From a bacterium (GTDB taxonomy: Bacteria; Myxococcota_A; Bradymonadia; UBA7976; UBA1532), in assembly GCA_030427205.1 (NCBI GenBank), contig JAUHXC010000011.1, forward strand, positions 236,016 through 275,942: DNA of 39,927 nt. Direction: 5' to 3'. The notes below the pieces were generated by a model. That model was given only the letters and a program-made list of their open reading frames with translations. It was not told the origin of the DNA and did no database searches. This document shows positions 25,244 to 34,198 of this stretch, piece after piece. The position numbers and the translations under genes are program-made. Every line of letters starts with the position of its first letter. Positions within the stretch are counted from its first letter, which is position 1.

Positions 25244-25890
25244 TTGATCACGCGCTGCGCCGCCTTGGCGGCCTTCGCCGCGTAAGCCACGGTGCCCGCC
25301 GCCAGCAGTCCGCCGCCGGCCATCAGCAGCTTGCGGCGCTTCTCGGCCTTCGCCTTGTTGAGCCGTCGCCGGACCAGCGCCTGCTGATTGCGCAGATCGA
25401 CGATCTTCTGCTCCAGCTCGGCCATCTCCTGGCGCCGCCGGCTCTCAGCCTGTCGCTGCCGCGACCGCTCGCGGATCTTCTCCTCGCGCTGCCGCTCCCG
25501 CTCTCTCGCCCGGCGCTCTCGCTCCAGCTCGCTCTGGAGCTTGTTCGCCCGGCTGCGCTCCCGCTGCGCGCTCTGCTGCGCCTGCTTCGACTTGCGCCGC
25601 GAGGGCCCCGTCAGCTCCTTCAGGATCGCCTTGCCGCCGTCGATGATGTCCGAGATGAACCCGACCTCGCCGTCGTCGAACCCGTCGTCATCGAGATCGA
25701 AGTCGTCCAGCTCGATGCCGGCCAGGTCGTCGTCGTCGAGCCAATCGACCCCCGACGCGCCGACGTGCTCCAACTCGCCGAGATCGCCCTCGGGCTCGTC
25801 GAGCACCTCGTCGTACAGCTCGTCCAGCCGCCCGTCGCCGACGTGGTTGAGCGCCCCCAGATCATCGTGGCAGTCGCAATCGCGCTTCAT
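25240..25890 (-). CDS. Acidic / charged coiled-coil protein with a C-terminal transmembrane anchor (tail-anchored).
   Basis: ATG at 25890 with AGGAG 8 nt upstream. Asp/Glu-rich N-terminal half, an R/E-rich helical region, C-terminal LLMAGGGLLAAGTVAYAA. Confidence 0.55.
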   Translation of the reverse strand: MKRDCDCHDDLGALNHVGDGRLDELYDEVLDEPEGDLGELEHVGASGVDWLDDDDLAGIELDDFDLDDDGFDDGEVGFISDIIDGGKAILKELTGPSRRKSKQAQQSAQRERSRANKLQSELERERRARERERQREEKIRERSRQRQAESRRRQEMAELEQKIVDLRNQQALVRRRLNKAKAEKRRKLLMAGGGLLAAGTVAYAAKAAKAAQRVIK

Positions 25891-25901
25891 CTCAGCCGCT
25901 C

Positions 25902-26408
25902 CTATCGAATGGTCAGGCCGCGCCGCATGGCGTCCGCCGGCGACTGCCCGAAGGTGATCGAGGGGTGCACCGTCTCGGCGTCGATCCACGCCCCGCCGAG
26001 GTGAACCTGCGTCCAGATGTGGAAGGCTCGCCCCGGCGTCCGCACGCCGATGTCGACGTGGTAGCGTCCCGCCGAATCCAGCCGCAGCAGCGCCCCCCGG
26101 GCGGGCAGCGCGACGGTCATGAACAGCGCCAGCAGCAGCGTGTGCTGGTCATCGCAGTCGCCCATCAGCCGCCGAATCGTCGTCGCCGGGGTCTGGATCT
26201 GCTCGCCCAGCTCGGGCTGGAAGACGATCCGCTGGTGCACGAATCCCCACAGCGCGCGGGCCGTCTCGTCCCGCTGGTTGCCGTCGACGCCCGGGATGAC
26301 CTCGGCGAGCACGTCGCGCCACATGGGGTGGAGCGCATACCGCCGAGCCAGCGCACGGCAGCGGCGGCGGGTCAGGTCGGGGCTTCGTCCGGGGAGTCGC
26401 CAGTACAT
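25902..26408 (-). CDS. Transglutaminase-like cysteine peptidase superfamily protein (tentative).
   Basis: Motif IRRLMGDCDDQHTLLLALF (core-type Cys) followed by downstream His (YHVD) and Asp (WIDAE) candidates. 168 aa. The 28-bp conserved motif lies 11 nt upstream of its ATG. Confidence 0.5.
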   Translation of the reverse strand: MYWRLPGRSPDLTRRRCRALARRYALHPMWRDVLAEVIPGVDGNQRDETARALWGFVHQRIVFQPELGEQIQTPATTIRRLMGDCDDQHTLLLALFMTVALPARGALLRLDSAGRYHVDIGVRTPGRAFHIWTQVHLGGAWIDAETVHPSITFGQSPADAMRRGLTIR

Positions 26409-26418
26409 GTGGCGAGCC

Positions 26419-26446
26419 TACGGACGGGAATCGATACGCGGACCAG
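26419..26446 (-). promoter_or_regulatory. Conserved 28-bp upstream motif, copy 2 (TACGGACGGGAATCGATACGCGGACCAG), 11 nt upstream of the ATG at 26408.
   Basis: 25/28 identical to copy 1. Same distance to the start codon as copy 1. Confidence 0.45.
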
Positions 26447-26482
26447 ACCAAAAATCGGGGGTCCGCGATTTTTCTCGGCGGG

Positions 26483-27268
26483 CTACTTCTTGGTGAACCG
26501 CTCGGCGGTCTTGCCCAGCACGTCGAGCGCCTGATCCATCTGGAGGATCGCGTCCAGCGGCGAGAACTCGTTGTCGTCGGCCCGCTGCTTGAGGTCGGCG
26601 GCGATGCCTTTCGTGCGCATCACCTCGGCCTGCAACTCGCTGAGCTGGTCTTCGAGCTGGATCACCCGCTCGTCCCGCGCCTCGAGCCGCGAGCTGAGCG
26701 AGGCCATCGTCACCTCGGCCTTGTGCGCCTGCTCCTTGGCCGCGTCGAGCTGCTCTCGCATCAGCTTCACCTCGGTCTCGGCCCGCTCGCGGATCGCGAG
26801 CAGCATCGACTCGTGGTGCTTGCGCTCGGCCTCCAACTGCCCGTTGTGCGCCTTGCGCTCGGCCTCCAACTGCTCGTCGAAGCGCTTGCGCTCCTCCATC
26901 ATGCTCTTCTCGACTCGGGCGTGCGCCGTCATCGCGTCCCGCGCCTGCTGCTGATAGACGCCCATGATCTGGAACGCCGGGGTCGCCGAGCTGCTGCTGC
27001 GCCGGCTCGGGCGCAGATTCCAGTCCTTGCGGGTGATCATCCGCTTCGTACGCGGGTGCCGGGCCAGCACCCGATACCGCCCGGGGCGGATGATCCGCTC
27101 CGACAGCTCGCGCACGCCCTCGGTCACCAGCAACTGGATGAGCGTGTCCTCGTGGTCGTACGCCGGGCGCCAGTCGTGGCCGTCCAGCTCGTAGACGTCC
27201 AGCAGCGCGCAGGCCACCTCGGTGTCGAGCAGCGGGGCGTACTGCGGTTCGATGTCTTCGGTCATCAT
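26483..27268 (-). CDS. Coiled-coil hypothetical protein (261 aa). First gene of the minus-strand train.
   Basis: ATGATG start with GGAGG RBS. Long heptad-like charged region (…EERKRFDEQLEAERKAHNGQLEAERKHHE…). Confidence 0.55.
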   Translation of the reverse strand: MMTEDIEPQYAPLLDTEVACALLDVYELDGHDWRPAYDHEDTLIQLLVTEGVRELSERIIRPGRYRVLARHPRTKRMITRKDWNLRPSRRSSSSATPAFQIMGVYQQQARDAMTAHARVEKSMMEERKRFDEQLEAERKAHNGQLEAERKHHESMLLAIRERAETEVKLMREQLDAAKEQAHKAEVTMASLSSRLEARDERVIQLEDQLSELQAEVMRTKGIAADLKQRADDNEFSPLDAILQMDQALDVLGKTAERFTKK

Positions 27269-27302
27269 CGGAGGGTCCTCCGTCGTCGTGTACCGCCCAC
27301 CG

Positions 27303-27330
27303 TACGGACGCGAATCGAGACGCGGACCAG
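27303..27330 (-). promoter_or_regulatory. Conserved 28-bp upstream motif, copy 3 (TACGGACGCGAATCGAGACGCGGACCAG), 35 nt upstream of the ATG at 27268.
   Basis: 25-26/28 identical to the other copies. Confidence 0.45.
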
Positions 27331-27389
27331 CACAAAATCAGCGCAAATCGACGATTCTCGGGCGGTTCGGCCCGAACGCCTCAGCCAAG

Positions 27390-27600
27390 CGTGAGTCGAG
27401 CCCGCGCAGTGAGCCACGCGGTGGTCCAGGCCCGCCTCGTGGAGACGGCCCTGCCGCCGAGCCTCGTGGTGCTCCAGGCCCGGACCCGAGGCCCGATCCA
27501 CGGGGTCTTCCTCGCGGTGGTCCTGGCCCGGAGCCTGGGGTCGACCCTGGGGGTGAGCCTCACGGTGAGCCTGGGGCGGGAGGCCGCCGATTCCAGCGTT
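27390..27600. repeat. Degenerate short-period (about 9 nt) GC-rich tandem repeat tract (CCTCGTGG / CCCGG / GGCCC units) in the intergenic region between the element-like gene train and the chromosomal lipoprotein gene.
   Basis: Read directly. Translation in one frame gives a collagen-like PRG/GPG low-complexity string. No RBS or start context supports a CDS. Confidence 0.4.
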
Positions 27601-27777
27601 CGGCGCTCCCGAAACGGGTAGAGCAGCCCCCTCCATCGGGACTCGTCGTAGGTGACCTGGGATTGAGGAATTGCGGGTTGTTTGTCAGGATGAGCCACTG
27701 TCGGCGCTCCGAAACGCCGAACCTGTTAGTCCGAACGGCGAGCGGCCGGCTCGGTCTGGTGTCAGGAGGCGGTTTAC

Positions 27778-28854
27778 ATGCTCCGACTGTGTGTCGCGGT
27801 CTTCACCTTCGGGCTGCTCGCCTGCGACATGCCCGTGATGGGCGCACCCGCGGACGGTGGTGGACGAGACGGCGATATGGCGTTGGCGCCCGATGGGGGT
27901 GCACCACCCGTCGGAGATCTGCGCATCAACCAGATGCAGATGAGGGCCACGGTCAACAGCTACCACGAGTTCGTCTTCGATCAGGACCCGGCCGTGGCGT
28001 GGCGCCACCCGGACGTCAACGTGCAGGCCGAAGAGCAGGGCATCCGGGTCTTCGACTTCGACATCTCCGGTGATCGACAGTCGTGGTTCGACCTCCACCC
28101 GGCGACCCACGAGTTCCCGTTCGACCACGCCAACAACTGCGGATGGCGGATCAGCGATAACGAACTCTACTCCGGGGATCTGGGGATGTGCCTGCGCGAT
28201 CTCCAGGGCTGGTGCGACGCCAACCCTGAGCACCCGCTGCTCGTTCTGCTGATCGGCGAGACCGATACCGGCGATCGGCCTCCTCAGATGATCTGGCAGC
28301 TCGACGACCTGGAGTCTTCGATACAGATTGGCCTCAGCCGTGATCGGCTGCTGGTGCCGGCCGACGTCCGCGGCGAACACGCGACCCTGTGGGACGCGAT
28401 TCAGGCGGACGGATGGCCGACGGTCGACGAGACCCGAGGTAAGGTCATGATCGTGCTCAACGATCGGGGGCCGATGCGGTTCGCCTACTTGATGAACGGC
28501 GGGCTCGATCCGGCTGATCCGCTGATGTTCGTGGCCGGCGACCCCGAGATCGCGGGTCAGGATGGGGTCGGCGACGAGGTGTTCTTCAGCTTCGAGCCGA
28601 CCGAGACCTACGACTTCGAGACCGACATGGCACGGATCGAGCAAATGGGCGATCTCATCCGGCGAGGCTTCCTGGTCCACGCGATCACTGACGACCCGGA
28701 CAAGGCCGAGGTGCTGCGCGGCGCAGGCGTGCACTTCGTCGGCACCCGCTTCCCCGACGCAGTGTTCGGACCCGTCGACGGCAGCCCGACGCTGTGCAAC
28801 CCGGAGACCGCCCCGGATTGGTGTCTGGACGAGATGTTCGAACCGCGTCGTTGA
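27778..28854 (+). CDS. Lipoprotein, paralog of 34199..35257. Tentatively a PLC-like phosphodiesterase (PI-PLC X-domain-like) fold. Function unverified.
   Basis: AGGAGG RBS. Signal peptide plus lipobox LLAC. Conserved block QMRATVNSYHEF…IRVFDFDI… shared with its paralog. Confidence 0.6.
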   Translation: MLRLCVAVFTFGLLACDMPVMGAPADGGGRDGDMALAPDGGAPPVGDLRINQMQMRATVNSYHEFVFDQDPAVAWRHPDVNVQAEEQGIRVFDFDISGDRQSWFDLHPATHEFPFDHANNCGWRISDNELYSGDLGMCLRDLQGWCDANPEHPLLVLLIGETDTGDRPPQMIWQLDDLESSIQIGLSRDRLLVPADVRGEHATLWDAIQADGWPTVDETRGKVMIVLNDRGPMRFAYLMNGGLDPADPLMFVAGDPEIAGQDGVGDEVFFSFEPTETYDFETDMARIEQMGDLIRRGFLVHAITDDPDKAEVLRGAGVHFVGTRFPDAVFGPVDGSPTLCNPETAPDWCLDEMFEPRR

Positions 28855-28859
28855 TACGG

Positions 28860-30797
28860 CTACTGCGGTGGGGCGCAGAGCCCGCCCCGGCTCGCCTCGA
28901 CGCGCTCGAAGTCCACGACGACCGGCAACCACCACGCTTCGCACTCAGCCTCACACGGCCCGGCCAACTCAGCCGGCTGCGCGCAGTCCAGGCGCGAGCA
29001 GGCCAGCTGTTTGACCGCGGCCCGATCACCGCCGCGAACGAACGGCAGCAAGGTGTCTTGCTCTACGATGAAGCGCTGGCCGAGCACGAGGCGGCCGTCC
29101 ATACGATAGCCCTCGGTCGCGGTCTCCATCCGGTCAGCGCAAACGGAGCCGAAGTCGCGATACTCCCCCTGCCAGAGCAGCTCGATCGGGCTGCCCTCAA
29201 CGGCGAAGGATAGACGCTCGCCGGGATCGATCGCGGGCGCGCCCAGCCACCACTGCTCGTCACCCGAGAATACGGCCTGACCGACCTCGACCGGGGGGCC
29301 TTCGTAGGCCAGCGGGTGACGTGCGAGCGCGATGTCCTCTCCGGTCATGGCCTGCTCAACGATCGCTTGCAGCAGATCGCCCTGAGTGGGCTCAGAGTTG
29401 TCGCCGTCGATACACACCCGCGTCGCCCGATAGACCCGATCGCCGACCGCGTCGCGCACGGCACGATATCCGGTCGTCGACGCGTGGCATCGCGCGTACG
29501 TACGGGGGTCGACGCTCGCATCGTACGGAACCGGAGCGGTCTCGACCGACGTTCGCGCGCAGCGCACGCCGAGTTCAGCAGAGCGCGCCGAGGGGTCCAA
29601 AGCGACGTTGCGGTCGCCGGCCTCGCCCGCCGGGCTGTAGAGGCTGCGCCCACGCGCCAATCGGAGCGCGCGCTCCCCCATGTTCGTCTCGGCCTCCTCC
29701 CACGGGCCGCTCTGGGTGAGGGCCGCACATGTCGCCCTGTCCAGCGAGTCGGCCAGCCACTCGTCGGCGTTTCCGAACAGGTGGTGGAATTGGCGGGGAT
29801 CCGGCAGCACCTCGGTGCCGATCGGGACCGCGCCCTCCAGGCCGTCGACGCGGTCCAGCGCCAGTTCCTCGGGCCAGTCGAAGCACTCGGCGACCATCGG
29901 CGCGGAGCCGACCGTGTCGAACCACTCCCCGCAGACATCCGTCCGGGTGAACAGCCCGCGGTCCACATCGACCATCGCCTCGACCCGCGCCCGCTCGATC
30001 ATCGTCGGCAGCCGGCCGCCGACGGCTTGGCACGCCTCGTACGCCTCGCACCACGATACGCCGGTGATCGGCAGCGCCTCCGCGTCGGTGTCGTCGGCGC
30101 ACAGCTCGGCGCAGCGCGGTTGTTCGCGCCCTTCACAGGTGCAGCGGAGCACCTTGTCGCGGTACATCGCCCGGCTCATCTCGGTGGTCATCAGTTCGAA
30201 GTCGTGCTCGATCTGCGCAGTGCAGCTGTGTCCGCAGGCGTCGCGGACCTCGACGGCGGTGAAATAGCAGCTCCGATCCACGCGGTCGCGGCAGTTGGTC
30301 GAGCGCCCCGGCACCAGGATCCAGTCCGGCTCCAGCGGCGGGTCGCCGATCACCTGCTCGACGGGCTCGACGACATCTTCGCCAACAGGTGGCGCCACCG
30401 GGTCCTCGGCGGGCGGTATCGGGACCGACGCCACCGGCGCGCACACGTAGCCCCGCACGACCGGGCCGAGCGCCGGGTCGAAGTCCGTATCGCCGACATA
30501 GACGCAGTCGACGTCGACCCCGGCCTCGAAGCCGATGCAGGTCCGCCCCGAACCCCCACAGTGGATGCGGGTGCTGTAGTTGCATTCCCCTTCGACGCAG
30601 CTGACCCCAGCCCCACACGCGTTGCCGCACACCCCGCAGTGCTGCGAGTCGGTGGGCAAGTGGGCCTCGACCTTGGCCCCGACGGCGTTCCGGCAGAGTC
30701 GCCACTCCTGCATACGGTGGATGTCGAATTGGGGCGTGTAGAACGCATCGCAGCCGCTGACGCTCAGGCACGCCGCGATGACGAGCAGAAGACGCAT
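28860..30797 (-). CDS. Cys-rich lipoprotein with an FGE-sulfatase (formylglycine-generating-enzyme-like, DUF323) domain.
   Basis: Signal peptide with lipobox VSGC. N-terminal CxxC-rich region. HLFGNADEWLAD resembles the GN(V)WEW FGE-domain motif. Proteins of this type are abundant in myxobacteria. Confidence 0.65.
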   Translation of the reverse strand: MRLLLVIAACLSVSGCDAFYTPQFDIHRMQEWRLCRNAVGAKVEAHLPTDSQHCGVCGNACGAGVSCVEGECNYSTRIHCGGSGRTCIGFEAGVDVDCVYVGDTDFDPALGPVVRGYVCAPVASVPIPPAEDPVAPPVGEDVVEPVEQVIGDPPLEPDWILVPGRSTNCRDRVDRSCYFTAVEVRDACGHSCTAQIEHDFELMTTEMSRAMYRDKVLRCTCEGREQPRCAELCADDTDAEALPITGVSWCEAYEACQAVGGRLPTMIERARVEAMVDVDRGLFTRTDVCGEWFDTVGSAPMVAECFDWPEELALDRVDGLEGAVPIGTEVLPDPRQFHHLFGNADEWLADSLDRATCAALTQSGPWEEAETNMGERALRLARGRSLYSPAGEAGDRNVALDPSARSAELGVRCARTSVETAPVPYDASVDPRTYARCHASTTGYRAVRDAVGDRVYRATRVCIDGDNSEPTQGDLLQAIVEQAMTGEDIALARHPLAYEGPPVEVGQAVFSGDEQWWLGAPAIDPGERLSFAVEGSPIELLWQGEYRDFGSVCADRMETATEGYRMDGRLVLGQRFIVEQDTLLPFVRGGDRAAVKQLACSRLDCAQPAELAGPCEAECEAWWLPVVVDFERVEASRGGLCAPPQ

Positions 30798-30965
30798 GAG
30801 GACACCCCGGGTTCCAGTGGCAGGAGCGAGGCTATCACCCGGGTGATGGTCACGCCAGAGACCTGCCCGCGAAGGCCCACCGATCCAGGAGTTCGCCCTT
30901 GCCTGAGACGGTGACCGGTGCTCTCTTGGCGGTCGGCATCAGCGCCGAATCTGACAGGAGGCCCG

Positions 30966-32693
30966 ATGGATCGCCCCGGTTTGCCGCATCTCGCGCTGCT
31001 GCTCACCGTCGTACTCGGCGTGAGTGCCCGCGCCGATACAGCCGAGACGTGCGCGCCGCTCGAGGATGCCGGTGCACAAGCGCCGGTCTACGCCCTGTTG
31101 TACGGCTACCCCCACGCGACCGACCGCCCGCAGATGCCGCCACTGACCATGGTCGCTCACGATCTGCGGCACATGGACCGGTTCTTTGCGGCGCTGGGTC
31201 CGCTCAAGCGCTGGATCCACGCCGAGGATGACCCGGGCCTCTACCACCCGTTCGGGCCCGAGCGGCGCGAGCCGACGTGGAGGGCGCTGTCGAGCACGAT
31301 CGCCGAGATGGTCACCACGCTCGACGCGGCGGACCACGAGACCCGGCCTCAGGTGTACCTGTACTTCGTCGGCCACGGGGACCAGCCGGACAGCGCGGTG
31401 ATGTCCCGGGGCGAGCTGTATGCCCGGCCCGATCCCGAACGCACCGGGCCCGGACACGATGGGGTGATCGACGCGCGCCTCTTCTCCGAGCGCATCCTGC
31501 GCCCACTGGCCGATCGGGCCGATGTGCATCTCATCGTGGACGCCTGCCAGAGCTTCTACCTGCTCTCGACCCGCGGCCCGGTGGTCAGCGGCCGGACCAA
31601 GCACACGATCGCCGCCGAGCAGCTGATCGAGCCGTTCACCGAGAGCCTGCCCACCGTTGGTGCGCTCCTGGCCACCGACGGCACCGCCGAGCTGACGTGG
31701 GAGGACAACCGATACGGGGGCCTGTTCAGCCACGCGGTGCGCTCGGCGGCGATCGGACCGGCCGACATCGACAAGGACGGCGTGGTGACCTACGGCGAGA
31801 TGCACCAGGTCGTCGGTTGGATCCTGGCCGGCTCGGGCAGCGGCATCCGCCCGGCGACCGCGCCGCCCGGCATGGAGCGGAGCGCGCCGTTCATCGACTG
31901 GCGCCGAGCACCGGCGGCCCGAGTCTGCGTCACGCCCAACGTGCCCGGCCGGCAGGTCATCGGGACTTCGGCCGGGACCTTCGCCACGGTCCACGCGCCC
32001 CCGGGCCCTCACCGGCTCTATCTCGCCGATGGGTTGATGTACCGCTTCGAACGTGAGGGTCCGCCTTTCGAATTTGCCGCGAGCACCGGCCCGCTCGACC
32101 TGAGCGGTCAGACGCCGCCCGACCTTCGGGGCGAGTCGTATATCGAGCCCTTCATCCGGCCCATCATCCCCGAGCTGCTCGGTGAGCCTCCGCTGGCGCC
32201 GCCCTTCGTGCCCGGCTGGTACTACGGTGTCGGCGTCGTCGGGCACTTCGCCGGCATGATCCTGGCGCTCCCGGACGCCGAGTTCGGGCTCGACTTCCGC
32301 GGTCGGCTGGGCCGCGGCATGCACCGCGGGCTGCTCGACGTGGGGATCAGCCGCCGGGATCACGAGTACCGCATCGCCGACGGCGGGGAAGCGCTGGACC
32401 CGATCTTTGGCGTGATCGGCACGCGGTTGGGCTACGCCTACTTGATCAGCCGGGAAGGCTGGGAGATCGACGCCGGGCTGGTCGGCGGGATCGAGTGGAT
32501 GTTGAGTCGGCGGTGGGAGAATGCGTGGCTGCCCGACGCGGCGTTGCACGCCAGCGCTATCCGGCCGCTGGACGGCGGGAAGTGGTCGTTGCGGCTGGAT
32601 CTGCGAGCCGGCGCGCTGCTGCTGGCCGGTGACGTGATCGAACCCTTCGTCCAAGTCGGATTCGGCGCGGACTACGAAGCCCTGTTCGAGTAG
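30966..32693 (+). CDS. Secreted clan-CD cysteine peptidase-like protein (caspase/legumain/gingipain-type His-Gly … Ala-Cys dyad) with a C-terminal domain of unknown function.
   Basis: GGAGG RBS before the ATG at 30966. Signal peptide MDRPGLPHLALLLTVVLGVSARA. Motifs YLYFVGHGDQ and HLIVDACQSFYL follow the beta-strand-His-Gly / beta-strand-Ala-Cys arrangement of clan CD peptidases. Confidence 0.55.
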   Translation: MDRPGLPHLALLLTVVLGVSARADTAETCAPLEDAGAQAPVYALLYGYPHATDRPQMPPLTMVAHDLRHMDRFFAALGPLKRWIHAEDDPGLYHPFGPERREPTWRALSSTIAEMVTTLDAADHETRPQVYLYFVGHGDQPDSAVMSRGELYARPDPERTGPGHDGVIDARLFSERILRPLADRADVHLIVDACQSFYLLSTRGPVVSGRTKHTIAAEQLIEPFTESLPTVGALLATDGTAELTWEDNRYGGLFSHAVRSAAIGPADIDKDGVVTYGEMHQVVGWILAGSGSGIRPATAPPGMERSAPFIDWRRAPAARVCVTPNVPGRQVIGTSAGTFATVHAPPGPHRLYLADGLMYRFEREGPPFEFAASTGPLDLSGQTPPDLRGESYIEPFIRPIIPELLGEPPLAPPFVPGWYYGVGVVGHFAGMILALPDAEFGLDFRGRLGRGMHRGLLDVGISRRDHEYRIADGGEALDPIFGVIGTRLGYAYLISREGWEIDAGLVGGIEWMLSRRWENAWLPDAALHASAIRPLDGGKWSLRLDLRAGALLLAGDVIEPFVQVGFGADYEALFE

Positions 32694-32826
32694 TCCTCGC
32701 CAAGACGTGGTGCACATCGAGCCGGTGGTGCCGACGGTCGGGCGGTGTTGGACTGGACTACGGGGGGCTCATCGAATAGGTCGGTAGACGTCGCGTCGCT
32801 GGCCCGCTGCTTCGGGAGGAATCGAT

Positions 32827-33423
32827 ATGCGCGCCTTGCTGGCCCTGATTATCATCGCGCCCACCTGGGCGGTCGCCGAGCCCTGCGAGAAGCTGATCAC
32901 CGCCATCTGCCCCGACACGGTCAAGCGGACGAAGTGCGTCGAGTTCGTCGCCGAGCGCATCGTGATCGCCAACGAGAAGGCGCTCACAGTAGAGGAACGA
33001 GCGGGCTGGTGTGCGGCCAAACTCGCGGATCCGGGTGCTGTTGACGAATACGCGGGCATGATGCTGATCGCCGACAAGATCCCGCTTGAGCTGACCGTCA
33101 CGGTGAAGGCGACGAAGGCCGACGGCAAGCCGTGGGACGCGGCGGGCGGCGCCCCAGACCTCGCTGCCTGCTTTACGATCGACAGCGAGACGGGTTGTCT
33201 GCCCAAGGGAACATCTCCCGAGCGCGTCAAGTCGCCAGCCTGCCCCGACTCGCTGACCTGCACGTTCAAGGTCAACGCTCGTCGGGGCGCTCAGGTCCTC
33301 GTCGAGGTGGTTGACGTCGACGCGATGTCGAATGACTCGGCGGGTCGATGCACGATCGCTACCGACAGAGTAGACGCAATATGCACATCAAGCCTTAGGG
33401 CAGAAGTGAGAAAGGCGAAGTAG
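32827..33423 (+). CDS. Small secreted Cys-containing hypothetical protein (198 aa).
   Basis: GGGAGG RBS. Signal peptide …APTWAVA-EP. Lower GC at its 3' end. Confidence 0.55.
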   Translation: MRALLALIIIAPTWAVAEPCEKLITAICPDTVKRTKCVEFVAERIVIANEKALTVEERAGWCAAKLADPGAVDEYAGMMLIADKIPLELTVTVKATKADGKPWDAAGGAPDLAACFTIDSETGCLPKGTSPERVKSPACPDSLTCTFKVNARRGAQVLVEVVDVDAMSNDSAGRCTIATDRVDAICTSSLRAEVRKAK

Positions 33424-33524
33424 TACGTCGGACATCTACTGCTACCGAATGGGCATTCCTACCTCGACTTGCTGGCGGCTGATGTCTTGACGACACACCT
33501 CTTTCAGGTTGACCGATTCCGGCC

Positions 33525-34196
33525 GTGGGCCCCTCGATCACGGTGCGCGTCAACAACCACGCACGATGCGTTCATGAGCCGGCGGGGCAGCGACCGGTCC
33601 GTGAGATGAACGGGCAGCAGGTCTTCCGCGCGACCGCTGTCTGCGTAGATGTGCCGCTGCCGTCAGCCGAACGCCGTGCTCTGGCCGCAGACTTCAAGAA
33701 GCTGGTCATTGATGAGCACGTAGCTCTCGCACGCTTGACCCAGGTGACGGGCGAAGCGGTCGGACTAGGACTCGCTCGCTTCACGGCGGATGAGCAGTGG
33801 TGGATCGGCAATCCGGCTGAGGGGCAGGGCGACGTTCTCCATGTCCTCGGCGATCTTCTTCCTCGGGGGGTGGAGTGGCGCGAGGAGTCGATCAGCATCG
33901 GGGATCATTGTCGTGAGCCGATGAGCACCCTCGACGCGGCAACCGATGGCCGCTTGCAGCGCCGGGAGGTCTTCATCCTTGGTCGTCGGGACCTGCGCGC
34001 CGTCTGGCAGACCGCGCCGAGTGACATCGGCTCGTTCGCCTGCGCGCACCTTGAATGCAGCCACGATTTCGATGGGGACTGCGCGGCATCATGCAATTCG
34101 TGGCGCGTCCCATTGGCCATCACCTTCGAGCGCGCCGAGCCATTCGATAGGGCGGCGATGTGTGACGCGTCGACGGCCAACCCCGCGGAGCGGTGA
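33525..34196 (+). CDS. Standalone paralog of the C-terminal approx 200-aa domain of the FGE-domain lipoprotein 28860..30797. Start uncertain.
   Basis: …FTADEQWWIGNPAEGQGDV… and …FACAHLECSHDFDGDCAASCNSWRVPLAITFERAEP… align with …FSGDEQWWLGAPAIDPGER… and …LACSRLDCAQPAELAGPCEAECEAWWLPVVVDFERVEA… of 28860..30797. Confidence 0.45.
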   Translation: MGPSITVRVNNHARCVHEPAGQRPVREMNGQQVFRATAVCVDVPLPSAERRALAADFKKLVIDEHVALARLTQVTGEAVGLGLARFTADEQWWIGNPAEGQGDVLHVLGDLLPRGVEWREESISIGDHCREPMSTLDAATDGRLQRREVFILGRRDLRAVWQTAPSDIGSFACAHLECSHDFDGDCAASCNSWRVPLAITFERAEPFDRAAMCDASTANPAER

Positions 34197-34198
34197 GT

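Noticed and set aside
26418-27335. 305-aa minus-strand ORF alternative to 26483..27268.
   Set aside because: Different frame. Arg/Gly/Asp-rich low-complexity. The 26483..27268 frame has a GGAGG RBS and a coherent coiled-coil protein.
27222-28073. 283-aa plus-strand ORF spanning the intergenic repeat tract.
   Set aside because: Translation is PRG/GPG low-complexity derived from the DNA repeat. No RBS. It overlaps the well-supported lipoprotein gene start at 27778.
30939-32717. 592-aa minus-strand ORF.
   Set aside because: Antisense to the clan-CD peptidase-like gene, which has a signal peptide, an RBS and catalytic motifs.
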